Position numbers and translations under genes: made by a program. This document shows, piece by piece, positions 43,209 through 55,768 of a stretch of DNA of 64,000 nt. The DNA comes from Chrysomallon squamiferum. Taxonomy: Eukaryota; Animalia; Mollusca. The notes under the pieces were generated by a model. It saw only the letters and a list, made by a program, of their open reading frames with translations, was not told the origin of the DNA and did no database searches. Numbering within the stretch: the first letter of the stretch is position 1; the number at the start of each line of letters is the position of its first letter. The stretch lies in NCBI GenBank assembly GCA_012295275.1, contig CM022667.1:18352001-18416000 (forward strand), given 5' to 3'.

Positions 43209-43480
43209 GTGAAAAGCCATTTAAATGTACATTCTGCAAATATGCTACTGCACAGAACAGTACTCTGAAGATACATCTAAAGCGTCATCACAATGGGAAA
43301 ATGCTTGAATGTGAAGACTGTCACAAGCAGTTTACACAACATGAAATGCTGACCAGTCATCGAATGGGACATCAACAGTCTAAACAACCAGTTATGACTG
43401 TTGGCACATCTCAAGACAGAATCAACCGGACTGCTACATCCAGACATTGGCCAAATATTGTCAGTGAAAACAACACATAG
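43209..43480 (+). CDS. BCL11-like zinc-finger gene, last coding exon (two C2H2 fingers, TAG stop)
   Basis: Acceptor tttttcag; translates EKPFKCTFCKYATAQNSTLKIHLKRHHNGKMLECEDCHKQFTQHEMLTSHRMGH...ENNT*. The six exons sum to 1770 nt (589 aa plus stop). Confidence 0.93.
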
Positions 43481-46280
43481 CAAAAACCACATAGTTTTTT
43501 TTAAAGTTTTTCATCATTTATTTATTTATTTATTTTAATTTTTTAATTTTTATATTGTTAAATTATAAGAATGTGAAACTAATCTAACAACTTAAAATAA
43601 TATTTATATGCTTTTATTTCCTTCTGTTGGGCAAAAGGGATAACATGGTTTAGTATACATTTGATTTGTATGAGTCTTCAAACAGTTAATCAATACTGTT
43701 TTGAATTATGAAGAAAGGAAAATATATTAATTAACTAATTTGGGGTTTCTTTAAGACATTTCTCTATTTTTTGTGATATATATATGTATGTGATATTTTC
43801 TTTTCTATTAAGTCTACATATGCAATGCTGTTTTTTCAAATAATAGTTTACATAGACATGTATGTATTGATTTATTGCCATTATTTTCTAACCTTAAACT
43901 AGGGATCAGTATTCGCTTATATGATTATAAAAATAGTATTTAAATTTTGTTTCTCAGTGTACATCAACTAACATTACGTTTGTGATGACATACTTAATCA
44001 AGTAATGTAACAACAGAATTCTGTTATTCTGCTGGGTGTGAAAATATAAATGTTTGCATGTTGAGGCTGATCTTAAGAAATATAATTGATTATGATTTTG
44101 TTGTTGAGTTTTGAAACATTTTTCTCTCAACTAAAAAGAAATAATCAATTCAAACTTAAAATTATGTGTGGAAATACAAAATTATTTTTAATAAAATGCT
44201 GAACTTTTCTGTGATGTAATATTGATATAATATTGTTTATCAAAATTTTAAATGATTATAATTGTATATACAGTTTTTAAATTATTTTCCAGAGTGATAG
44301 TTTAAGCAGAGTATTTAACTACTGTAAAATTGATGTTTTGTGCTTATTTTGTTGGTTTTTTTTGCTAATTAACTTAAGTAAATCTAAATTCATACAGAAT
44401 TTTGTACTATCATTTTTTATCTTTTGAATGTCTCTGATTCAGCATTGTAAATCTGAATTCTAACTTTTTAAGTTTCAGCTGAATGTATATATTGTTCTTT
44501 ATGTAGCATGTCCATAATGCAATATAATCTAATATTAACCAGTCTAATAAATTGCTTTCAAATCTACATTCCAGTTATTGTGCTGTTGTTTTGGTTGGAT
44601 GAATAAAACAGTTTTCCATCATTTCCATTGTAAATAATGATGTTTATAATTATTGAGAGGTTTTTCTGATGTAGATATGAAAGCCGGAAAGGAATAGGTA
44701 TGCTGAAGAGGAGTAAAATTGGGAACTGTGGACTAGAGTGTTTATTTAGTCATATCTTTCTGTTCTTATAGTAAGGACGCATAATAATGGTTTTAATCAT
44801 ATTAATATAAATAGTTATTAACTGAAAAATAGTGCACATTAGCAGATACTTTTCACTTTTGTAAATAAATATATGTAATAATATATAATGTAATTTGTAT
44901 TATTTCAAATTAATCATGAGTCGAAATGATAAAACATGATTTCAAAAGAGGTTAAAAATAAGAATTGTTTTTATTAATCCAGGTTGAATATACGATAGAT
45001 ATAATCTAAGTCTGTACTTTCTGTACAGCATTTGGCCATCAGGTGTTTTAAATGTTTTTAATAATTTTATGCATGAAATCTTATAAACATTAAACCTGAA
45101 AGATATAACCCTACTGCATGATAGGTTTCTAATTTTAGAATTATGCATAAGAGGTGCTCAGACTACATATATTCAAAGTAGTATTAAGTGCTATTGTACA
45201 TAAACAACAAATTTTATATTTTATAATTAATAAAGAAAAAAACCTAAGAGACATTTAAACCTTTTAATTAGAAATTATAAAATAACGCTTTGTTTTTTCT
45301 GGTTTTAAGCTGTTCGTCAATCTGTAAATAGCTTTTTGTTTAATAAAGTAAAACCAGAATATTACACCCATTGTTCAGTCTTCTCATTCAGGATTTTAAC
45401 CTTATGTTTATTTTATGCTTTTATGCATTTTACATATATAAATAAACAAGCTATCTTAATTAACCACATAAAATTTACTTAATCAAATTAAATTAATTAT
45501 TCTTGAAAATGATGCCAAAATTATCTTTTGCAAATTTCCAGTTAAAGTATTAAATGGCTAAATTATGTAATGCTCGGGTCAGCAAGCTTTGGGAGAGATG
45601 GGACAGACAGCTATGCAGTGTTTTGGAGGAGGGCCAAGATAACAAATGTATTGTATATACACACACTCACACACACACAAACACACACACCAGTATCTCT
45701 TTCAATTCTGTCTTTATTATTGAACACCAAAAAGGGAGCATAGTTGGTCTATTAATAGACCATTATAAAATTTGTCTAATAATCTTTTATTTAAAGTCAC
45801 TTTTTACAAACAGAACAATTACAGTTTGGATTGTACTTATAATACTTATTAGGTGAAATATAATAATAGGTTTTCCTTATTTGTTCAAAAATCCATCTGC
45901 TTAACTTAAAGCTGAAATATTAATGAGATATCTTTATGGAAAAGTTCTTTAAGAAGTCACATACTTTTACTTTTTAGATATAAACTTTTTTAAACATCAT
46001 TCTGTTATGCAGTAGAAATTTATCAGTTGAAAACTAATAGAATTATGGTTGTTTCATTGTCCTTCCTTTCAAATTTGTATCAGAACTCAATATTCCTCTC
46101 TCTTGATGAACATTATAGGAAATATGTGATTGGTTTGTTAATTATTATTTGTGTGATTTTTTAGAGGTTTTTTTTAAATTGTTCCTGTAACACTGTAACT
46201 CTGTATAAAATCTATGTGTGCTCTTCTGTGGTATCTATACAAATGTCTGGAACAAGTTTTCAAGTTTGACACTTGGAAGA

Positions 46281-46286
46281 AATAAA
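46281..46286 (+). terminator. Candidate distal polyadenylation signal of the zinc-finger gene
   Basis: AATAAA followed by a T/GT-rich tract, near where the T-rich plus-strand bias appears to end. Other AATAAA hexamers occur upstream. Confidence 0.35.
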
Positions 46287-49200
46287 ATTTTCATCTTAAA
46301 TAGTTTTGTTATTTATTGCCTTATTACAGTTTTTTTTTGTTATTTATTGCCTTATTACAGTTTTTTTTTGTTTTAGGGCATGTGAATTTGTTTTTTTCCA
46401 TTTATCGTATTGTTTAGACCAAATTCATGACCAGTATTATTAGTACTACCTGCAAAGATTAGTGTTTTCAAAATATTTAATTAAGCTTTAATAATCATAA
46501 AAAATTATACATGATTGATTAATTGTTTAAGTTTACAGGTGTTATAACCTAAAAAATTATGTTTTATTTTAATCGGGTGCATTTGGGTTGGAGATTTAGT
46601 TTAATCAAACAGTGTAATTACAAATGGTAATGTAAAGTTAATGTCATGTATTGAAAATAACTCAAAACACACAAATGTATGTTCTGTCATCATCATGTTC
46701 TGTCATCATAACAATTTTAAGCAGTCATTTTGTCTGACATAAATTAAAAATAGCTTATTTCTGTACTGAATCAGTATGATGATAAACATTAAATATTATT
46801 TTTATTTTTTTGTATCTCTTTAATTAAAACCCTCAAATGTACTTTAAGTAGTCTAGAGCTAATGAAACTGTTCAAACACACATTTTCATTTTGTCAGTGA
46901 GGGGAAGGTGTTTGAGGAAGCCTCATGACATTATCTGAAGATTGATTTCTTCAGAAGTGCTGTGATTTGAACTTATTTCAATACTGAAGTTTATCACTTT
47001 AAGAACTTAACAGACGACAAATAATCCATCTCCAGTATACCATTAATATCTGTAAATAATTTTTTTTATATATCCTCTGTTGGCTAGAGAAATCATAAAC
47101 GGTCAGCATATTCTGAATGCCATGAATAGTTGTGGCAACACAAGTTTTTCAATTTAGTTACATGAATAAATGTTAAATTAACAATCAAAACTTGGCTTGT
47201 CTTGAACATTTTTGAAATTTGAATGCAGACCAGTTGTCGTCAGGTGAATATGATACAAAATCCAAAGAATTTCGTTTCCACTGATCATGATCACTAATTA
47301 GTTTATACGAAAGGATGAGGGTTGCAATCAATTATCATTTCTTTTGAAGAATTCTTGAAATAGCTGGAGGTATAGACATTCTATGTTACTGTTTAGAAGT
47401 ACACTACTGAACCTCTACCAATGGCTAATATGTTTATCACATGATTGTATTTTTGTCACTTCGCTACAAAAATCAGACATTTACAGTTACAGTATTTAGC
47501 ATACCTATTCTAAATGCTGTTGATACATTTTTGTTTATCTTTGCTTCAAGATAACATATCTTGTAATGTACATTGTGACAAACTGGATGAGTAAAACTGT
47601 ATAATTTGATACTGAGCATTCCAAAACATGTAAAGAAGATCCCTGGGGACAAAGTTTGTTTTACAGATGTTGCAGTCATTATCAGACTGAATACTAAGAT
47701 AAACCATGACTTTACACAATTAAGTGTTGCTGGAACTGTAATATTTGTTTGAAGTTAATGTAGTCATTTCTCCTTTTAGAAACTAAAACAAAATCTGGTA
47801 GTTTGTATAATGACAATTTTTATTAAAAATTAAATTAGATATTTTAAATTTGTTTTTACATGATCTGTAAAGAAAAATAAAGTGGATAATGTGTTAAAAA
47901 TTATAAAATCAAAAATAACAACACATAAGTAACTGAAGCAAATGTATTCTAGACAGACTAGATTTCTTGTTGGAATCAGCTACAATTTAAACATTAGCAT
48001 TAAAAAGATATTCTTCAGAAAAACCAGAACTATTGTCTGGTAAACAATTCATTTTTATCAATTTTTGAAAACAGACCAAACAGTTCTATGTGTGTATGTG
48101 TGTTTTTATTTATGCTGGTTAATTTTTTTTTTTTTTTTTTTTTTCGTTTTTTCCAATTCATTATCTGTAAAATGTGATGGTAAAGAACATTTTTAAATTA
48201 AGAAAAAAATATCTGGTATAGGTGAAAACATAAACTTTAGTGACAGAACAACAGGAATTGCTGATATATAAAACAAAAATTATTTGTTATAATATAATTA
48301 TCTTCAGAGCATGGTAATATAAAGAAATGTGTAGTTACAGAATTCTAACCTAACAGAAATATTATATCTACTTCTTAAATCCTGCTTTCATCTCTTGCTA
48401 ATTATTCCAGTTTAGAAAGTTTGTTCAAGGTAAATGATTTGAAGTAATTTGCTTGTTCTAAAAGCTACATTGTTTTGTTGAACACAATCAATAAACAGCA
48501 ATAGGGAATTTTCTAAATTTTCTAAATAGTCTAAATTTAAAAATAATAATAATATAATGATAAAATTTTGTGTTCAAAGCAAGCTTCATTCAGATTTTTT
48601 TAGTATTATATGAAGTGAGACTTTTTAAAAAGGTGGTGAACAAAACTTTCTTTTAATATTCTTTTATCTGCACATTAATTCTCATTATAAAAATTTAAAA
48701 GATTATAAAAATCAATCCACAAGACCAAAATTAAATCACCAACTTATAATGATAATTATTATTAACTTATAATTTTTCTCTCAAATAGTGTCATTTATAA
48801 ATTAAAAGTTTTATCCTGGAACTTTAATTTTTTGCTGACTGCATGTGATAAATGAAGAAAGGAAAATCAAAATCATTAACAAATTGCAAATGACATGCAT
48901 ATATATAGCACTGAAGAATGCTGACCAAATAATTATAAATCTATGTTCAATTAATTATAACTGAAGGTGTAAAAATATTCATAATGAAGCTAGGAATTCA
49001 ATAACAGTAAAATACTGTAATCTCATATAATGATATATATATATATTTAAAAACAGTAATCTTTTATCACCTGCGTCATTTTCTGGACACGTTTAAGAAT
49101 TAATAGAATTAAATTTAGTAACAATAGATATGTTTGTTAAGAGATAATAAATAGTCTTCGTTTATCCATTATCATCCAGTACCAGATTTCATGTTCCAAT

Positions 49201-49853
49201 CCTTAATTTAGGTTAAAAGTATAGTTTCCAGAGAATCCCAGCAAATCACTAAACATTTTTATGCTGTGTCCTATACAACTATGTGTCATTTCTTTGTTAT
49301 AAACTGCAGTACAATATTTGGGATTCTACAGATTAATGAAAAATTATTAAATTACAGATTACACTCATTACAATTACTCCAAATTAAAAATAATATGATT
49401 TTTAAAAATAATTTTAAATCATCTTAAAACTCATTTACAAGATAATTTGTGCAGTTAGAGATATGAATAAAAACAGGTGGAAACTATGATGTACAGGACA
49501 GATATGGCAAATCTGAAATATGCCCTGAACGGAGGCACCACTGAGCATCTTCTATTACACTGACTGGTATTTTTGAGATGATTTCATGGTAAGCTATCTG
49601 AAAGATGGGTGTTAGATAATCTGACAGGGGTACAATTTCAGTGCGTGGCACATATACTATTTTCCATAGATATGCTCATGGGCACACTTATGATTATATA
49701 AATGCCCATGTAATGATTAACTGAAAAATAAATTAAGCTGTGAAATTAAGAACAAAAACAAAATGAAAGTGAAATGGTAAATTTTACAATAATAATAATT
49801 TTAATAAATAAGCAATAGACTTTTATATGAAAGAAACATCTCATCTCAAACGG

Positions 49854-49900
49854 TTTATTAATATATAAAATATGAGTTACATGTAACAAAATGTTTTATT
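49854..49900 (-). terminator. Candidate RELCH polyadenylation signals
   Basis: Two minus-strand AATAAA hexamers about 1.5 kb past the stop codon, followed by GT/T-rich sequence. Confidence 0.3.
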
Positions 49901-50110
49901 GATATACAGCTGAACTATTAATACAAATAAATAATGAAACAATCAAATGAGGAAAACAGTCAAATGAAATTCATTAATTAGGAATGTAATGAATATGACT
50001 TAATGAAAATTGTAAAACAGTACTAACATAGTATCACATAAAATGACACAACTCCAGTTTAAAAAGCTGCCAAATAAAACATAAATAAATAACAATAACA
50101 AAATAACAAA

Positions 50111-50145
<35 letters not shown>

Positions 50146-51348
50146 ATATTTTAAAAAATAAAATAAAAACATTAAAAAGAAATATAACAGGATTTGTTTA
50201 TGTCAGTCTTGGACAGGAATAGTTAACACAGACATATATTTATTAAATATGTGCTATTAGCTGAAGAGATTTATATACAATGACAGGTTAAAAATAATGT
50301 TTTATCAAAGTTTTATATATGTGTGTGTATGTGTGTGTGTGGAGATCAGTGTTTCACATCTACAAGTATATATAACATAATTAATGAAAAACATATAAAA
50401 AAACAAAATAAAAAGACAAGAGATTTTTACAAATGTGCTCTCATTTGAGAGGTCTGGTTTCAAAAAGCTATGCTGAGAATGATGTTAAATCTACTGTTTA
50501 TGGTATGTTTCACTCATGTGTCAAAACATATATTAACATATTTCGGTTCCACTGATTACTTAATAAACATCTGCGAGACATCTATCATATAAACCAAAAA
50601 TCAAAAACAAATTTTAAGACAGCTTTTGGAATTTTACAGTTTTGACCAGTGGAATTAAACTGAAATTTCACCAGTATGTAATAATAGGTGTATTAATGAT
50701 TTGTAATAAATTCACTTCAGATTTTAAATATACCAGTTTGAACTCAGTTTTGGATAATAACCAGGTATCAATAACTTATTTTTAAATGTTTGACTACAAG
50801 ATGCAAATCTGAATATCTCTTTATATGAATTTCCAGATGTTACATAAATAACCAAACAAAATTGTATATTTAACAAAAATATTAATATAAATGAGTAATC
50901 TGTACTACAAGTCAGTTATTGTAATACATACAATTTATGCAGGAAATATCTGTATATATATAAATATGATGCATAACTTGTTTGTAAAAGTGATAAGTAA
51001 ACACAGTTTAAATATCCAACAACTTGAAGAAAAATAACCTTTGTAATATCTAAATATTATTTTATAATTAAATAACAAAATAATTATTAATTTAACCTAG
51101 ACACAAAATCACATTTAAATTATTTTAAAATGAACTCTTTATAAAACTCTGATTACATTTTTGTATGGATTCCAGTCTAATCACTGACTGACAAGTTACT
51201 CTGGATATGTCTGAAACATTACTTCTCATGAAAGACATCTAAACAAAACCAGTTCTGCACACAATTGATTTTTCTCTTCAGACAGAGTGGATATCACAGC
51301 ATTGTTTTCACTGTGATGTTTGTTAACATAAAACAGATAAGAGAAAAT

Positions 51349-51484
51349 TTATTTCTTCCGTGTGAAGATGTTGGATAGATTTGCCTTGGAGGTTGTGTCT
51401 TTAATTCGTGACATGACTCGAGTCTTCATGTCATCTGAGCTGGGAGAAAACGGTGAAACAGATACTGAGCTGAAACTTGAACTC
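51349..51484 (-). CDS. RELCH: RELCH/KIAA1468 last coding exon
   Basis: Acceptor ttttatcttttcag, phase 2; SSSFSSVSVSPFSPSSDDMKTRVMSRIKDTTSKANLSNIFTRKK* resembles the human C-terminus (...LANVFQRKK). Confidence 0.9.
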
Positions 51485-51894
51485 CTGAAAAGATAAAACA
51501 ATAACCTGATTAGACAGTTTCTTTATTTAAATTAAATTCCTTGGTAACTAACTTATGCCTTTTTACTTATACCAAATCAAGGAATAAAGTGCTGGGTACA
51601 TTTCTTTTCTTCTGTATGCATTATTACTGTAGCTAACTTTACTATCATTGAATTGCTTTGATCTAAAATTTAAGATTAACTTCAACCAATTTATATTATT
51701 GTTACTCACATTACATTCAAGTACCATTATTATTATTATTATTATTTCTTCTTTTTTTTTGACTATAATGATTTGGAACATTTGGATACTAGTAATTGTG
51801 TGTTAATATGAACATTTTTATTTCTATATATTCATGTTATTATAATATTTATTTAATAAATAAGATGTGACCAAAAATACTGATGTAGATGAAA

Positions 51895-52620
51895 AGAGTA
51901 AAATCACCTATCTGCTGGTTGTGATGCTTAATAATAAAAACAGTAAAATCACCTATCTGTTGGATGTGATGCTTAATAATAAAAACAGTAAAATCACCTA
52001 TCTGCTGGATGTGATGCTTAATAAAAATAGTAAAATCACCTATCTGTTGGATGTGATGCTTAATAATAAAAATAGTAAAATCACCTATCTGTTGGATGTG
52101 ATGCTTAATAATAAAAACAGTAAAATCACCTATCTGTTGGATGTGATGCTTAATAATAAAAATAGTAAAATCACCTATCTGTTGGATGTGATGCTTAATA
52201 ATAAAAACAGTAAAACCACCTATCTGCTGGATGCAAATCTTAATAAAAACAGTAAAATCACCTATCTGTTGGATGTGATGCTTAATAAAAAAACAGTAAA
52301 ACCACCTAAAAATAAAAACAGTAAAATCACCTATTCTGTTGGATGTGATGCTTAATAATAAAAACAGTAAAATCACCTATCTGCTGGATGTGATGCTTAA
52401 TAATAAAAACAGTAAAATCACCTATCTGCTGGATGTGATGCTTAATAATAAAAACAGTAAAATCACCTATCTGCTGGATGTGATGCTTAATAATAAAAAC
52501 AGTAAAATCACCTATCTGCTGGATGTGATGCTTAATAATAAAAACAGTAAAATCACCTATCTGCTGGATGTGATGCTTAATAATAAAAACAGTAAAATCA
52601 CCTATCTGCTGGACGCAAAT
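51895..52620. repeat. 45-bp minisatellite, about 17 copies, containing the RELCH exon 3' end and 5' splice site
   Basis: Unit AATAATAAAAACAGTAAAATCACCTATCTG(C/T)TGGATGTGATGCTT read directly; it explains the repetitive ORFs at 51849-52683. Confidence 0.97.
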
Positions 52621-52755
52621 CTTCAACTTTGAGTTCGTATTCCCGCACCATGGATGCCACGACCTCCTCATGTTCTGGGGCAATCACAGCCATATCCTGC
52701 TGTAGACAACGCAACCCTGGCAACATCGCTTCCTGAATAAGCTGGTCATTGATAA
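52602..52755 (-). CDS. RELCH: RELCH/KIAA1468 penultimate coding exon
   Basis: (F)INDQLIQEAMLPGLRCLQQDMAVIAPEHEEVVASMVREYELKVEDLRPADR resembles human ...FLPGLRCLRTDMEHLSPEHEVILSSMIKECEQKVE. 154 nt, phase 1-2, donor TAG|GTGATT. Confidence 0.92.
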
Positions 52756-54010
52756 CTATTTCAAGTTAAAGTAATTTTAGACACTGTTTTTTCACCTTGT
52801 TCTTTTTCTTTTTTGAAAGATATTAAAAAATTTAGCATAAAAAAAATGAAATAAAGAGTTTGTTATAATGTTTTCATTAATATAATACCAAAAAATTAGA
52901 TACTTTAATATTTTTATTAGCTTGTTAAGACTGGTATTGTTTATATACTGAAAATAATGTTGGCATAAGGATGAAAGTTTCATAATCTTCACATTATGGA
53001 AATTTTCTTTTATAATGAATGTTAGTTATAATTATTATTTTGACTTGAATCTTCTTAAGTGATAAATGAACTTTAAATTTTTTATAACAATCCCAAACAG
53101 CAGGCAAAACATGATAATTACAAATAATATAAAATTTAATACAACTTTAATAAACACTGCTATGATGATAGTATCAAAAAGGAAATAAAAACAAGAATGC
53201 AGACTTTTTATATATACCTCTCATATTAAAGTATTTATTAACTTTAACAGGAAACTAATTTCGGTAATTACGAACTGATACCAGAATTTATTTACTTAAT
53301 AAATACTGAATCATATATTGTGTCCATTGTACCTATGTAAACTTATTAAATGCATGTATGTATTGTTTTATTTTTCTCACTGAATGGACTAGAAATGACT
53401 ATGAATAAATGGAAAAAAATGAATAAGAGTATATTCAAGATTTATAGGGGAAAAAAGAAGAAGCCACTGCTACTTTATAAAAGCAGTAATTATAATTTCT
53501 AATATTCTGTATGTAAAAATATAAATGTTAGATGGAAATAATATGTAAATATTGCAAAATAGTTAGATGTTTTATGTCTGAATTTCATATTAAAACTATT
53601 TATATTAAAGTGTTATTTTTCATACTAATGGTGATACAAAGCAAATCTTACACTATCCTATTTTATTATTCTCACAACTATGTTTTTTATGTTTGTATGC
53701 AAATATAGATAAATATACAATGTACTAAGCAGTTTATTAAAATAAACTAATGATTGTTGTCTACAAAAAAACAAACAATAATATCAATATCACCAACAGT
53801 GACAGCAGCCAGTAATAATCAAATTAAACCAATAAGAATAATAACAGCAATTACCATAACAATAACAGTAACAACAATAACATAACAACAGTAATAATAA
53901 CAATAGCAGTAAGAACAATAACATAACAATAATAACAATAGCAAAACCTTTAATTAAAAAAGACAACACATTTTGTCATTTTTGTAAATTAAAAACGTTG
54001 TGAAGGATAC
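52756..54010 (-). other. U12-type (minor spliceosome) GT-AG intron of RELCH
   Basis: Donor GTATCCTTCA; branch-like TACTTTAAC followed by only 9 nt (ttgaaatag) to the exon; no polypyrimidine tract. Confidence 0.88.
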
Positions 54011-54127
54011 AACAACATGACATAGCACTGTATGCTTCAAACAGCTGTAGTGTGATGTCCATCTTCTTTGTCTCATTGGTTGTGTGGTTGTTAGCAAGGG
54101 CCATGGCAGCCAGACGAGGAAGGATAA
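54011..54127 (-). CDS. RELCH: RELCH/KIAA1468 (RAB11-binding LisH, coiled-coil and HEAT-repeat protein), third-from-last coding exon
   Basis: ILPRLAAMALANNHTTNETKKMDITLQLFEAYSAMSCC resembles the recalled human RELCH segment ...KRLDIATHLFEAYSALSCCF. Acceptor tttttctttacag; donor GTATCCTT. Confidence 0.9.
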
Positions 54128-55727
54128 CTGTAAAGAAAAACAGTTTAATCACAACAACAACAATCATATTTTTATTTTCAGTTTTAGTTATTAAAAAGAG
54201 CATGTTAAAAACAAATCTTTGATGGTTATAGTTTTTCATCTCCGTGACAGTTAATAGATAGAGAATATTATAAAAACAGTTATGACAACAAAAACAATAA
54301 AATATCAAATGAAGAATATAATATATATAGGATTGAAAAAAAAAAAATGATGTTAATTAAACTTACAAATAATTATATTTTTCAAAATACATAATGCTAA
54401 AATTACGTACAACCTGTAAATAATATTCATTAGTTTATAAATAATACTGTTTTCAAATAATAAAGATCTAATCAGAATCAAAACTTTAATAATAACTGAA
54501 GAATAAAAGCTAGTGTACATTAAAATGAAATAAAATATCAATTAATTATCAAATCTATTTACTGAACGAAAATATTTTTCTGTCTGCAGGTTTAAGTTTT
54601 AAAAAAGCATTTCACAAGGGATATAAATCTAATTACTTTAAACAAATTGCAACAGCCACAGTACAGTTTTCATCCACCTTTAAAAACAGTTCTTGTTAAA
54701 CATATATATTTCTTATGCTAACACATACGAGAGACAATTAAAAAAGTAAATGCATAGATAATAAGCTATGATTATGAAACTAAAAATAAATATGATTTTG
54801 TCATTTAAATAACAGACCCATCTGTTTCTTTGTTTATTTAAATAATAATATTAATAATAATGTTAATAATAATAAGGTAACAGTAATAATCAACAAGTAA
54901 TATGTCTTCACTTGACTGTGAATTGATTGCTTCATATAGACAATTACTCTTTTGAATAGTGAACACATTAATTTTATTTGCTTAGGAAATATTGTAATTT
55001 AGATATAGGTGTCACAAACATCATCTATCAAATGTAGATAGTAGATAAAATTATAGTTAATATTCATTAAAAAACAAACTTTCACTGTTGGAATATAAAT
55101 CATAATTCCTGTAAAATGTATGTGTATTATCTGTTTGCCTGTATGTGTGTGTACATCCACTTGGATGGACAAAGAGACACACAAAAATATATACAAAACA
55201 TGCAAAAACACATAAACACTCACACTCACACATACAAACACATACATTTTGGAAATAAATAAATGAAAAGTACATATATATCAACTAGAGAATTATAAAA
55301 GCAGGTACAAATACATACTAAAATAAAACAACTGACTATTTCTTCCCAACATTAAACATACATTCTAGGCCAGTGATAATGAGTTTACAATATTTAACAG
55401 TTCAATAAGAAAAGAAAATAGCTTATGCTAAAAGGTTGTCTAGAGATAATAGAAAAACAAGACACATAATTTCCTTTAACAATGTCAGAGAATATCAGAG
55501 GTAATAAAAACAGAATATAAACAGAGGGAAATGCTGCAATATCATCAGGGAACTTCTCAGTTTAAGTAAAGAAAATGCTGAACGGAAAAAAATACACACA
55601 CACACACATACATAAATACATATATATATATTCATTCATCTTTGTCTGTGGTTTCTGCCATGAACAGCAATAACTCATATGAATGCACATGCACACATAC
55701 AGACATGCATGCACACACACAGTCATG

Positions 55728-55768
<41 letters not shown>

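Noticed and set aside
41090-43492. Antisense and alternate-frame ORFs over the zinc-finger exons
   Set aside because: They are shadows of the real coding frame.
49470-49700. Plus-strand exon ending ATG|GTAAGC
   Set aside because: All frames close before the donor, and there is no convincing acceptor or partner exon.
51849-52683. Repetitive ORFs (IIKHHIQQIGDFTVF / MLNNKNSKITYLLDV) as repeat proteins
   Set aside because: They are by-products of a 45-bp (3n) intronic minisatellite that is open on both strands; the RELCH frame stops in the first unit.
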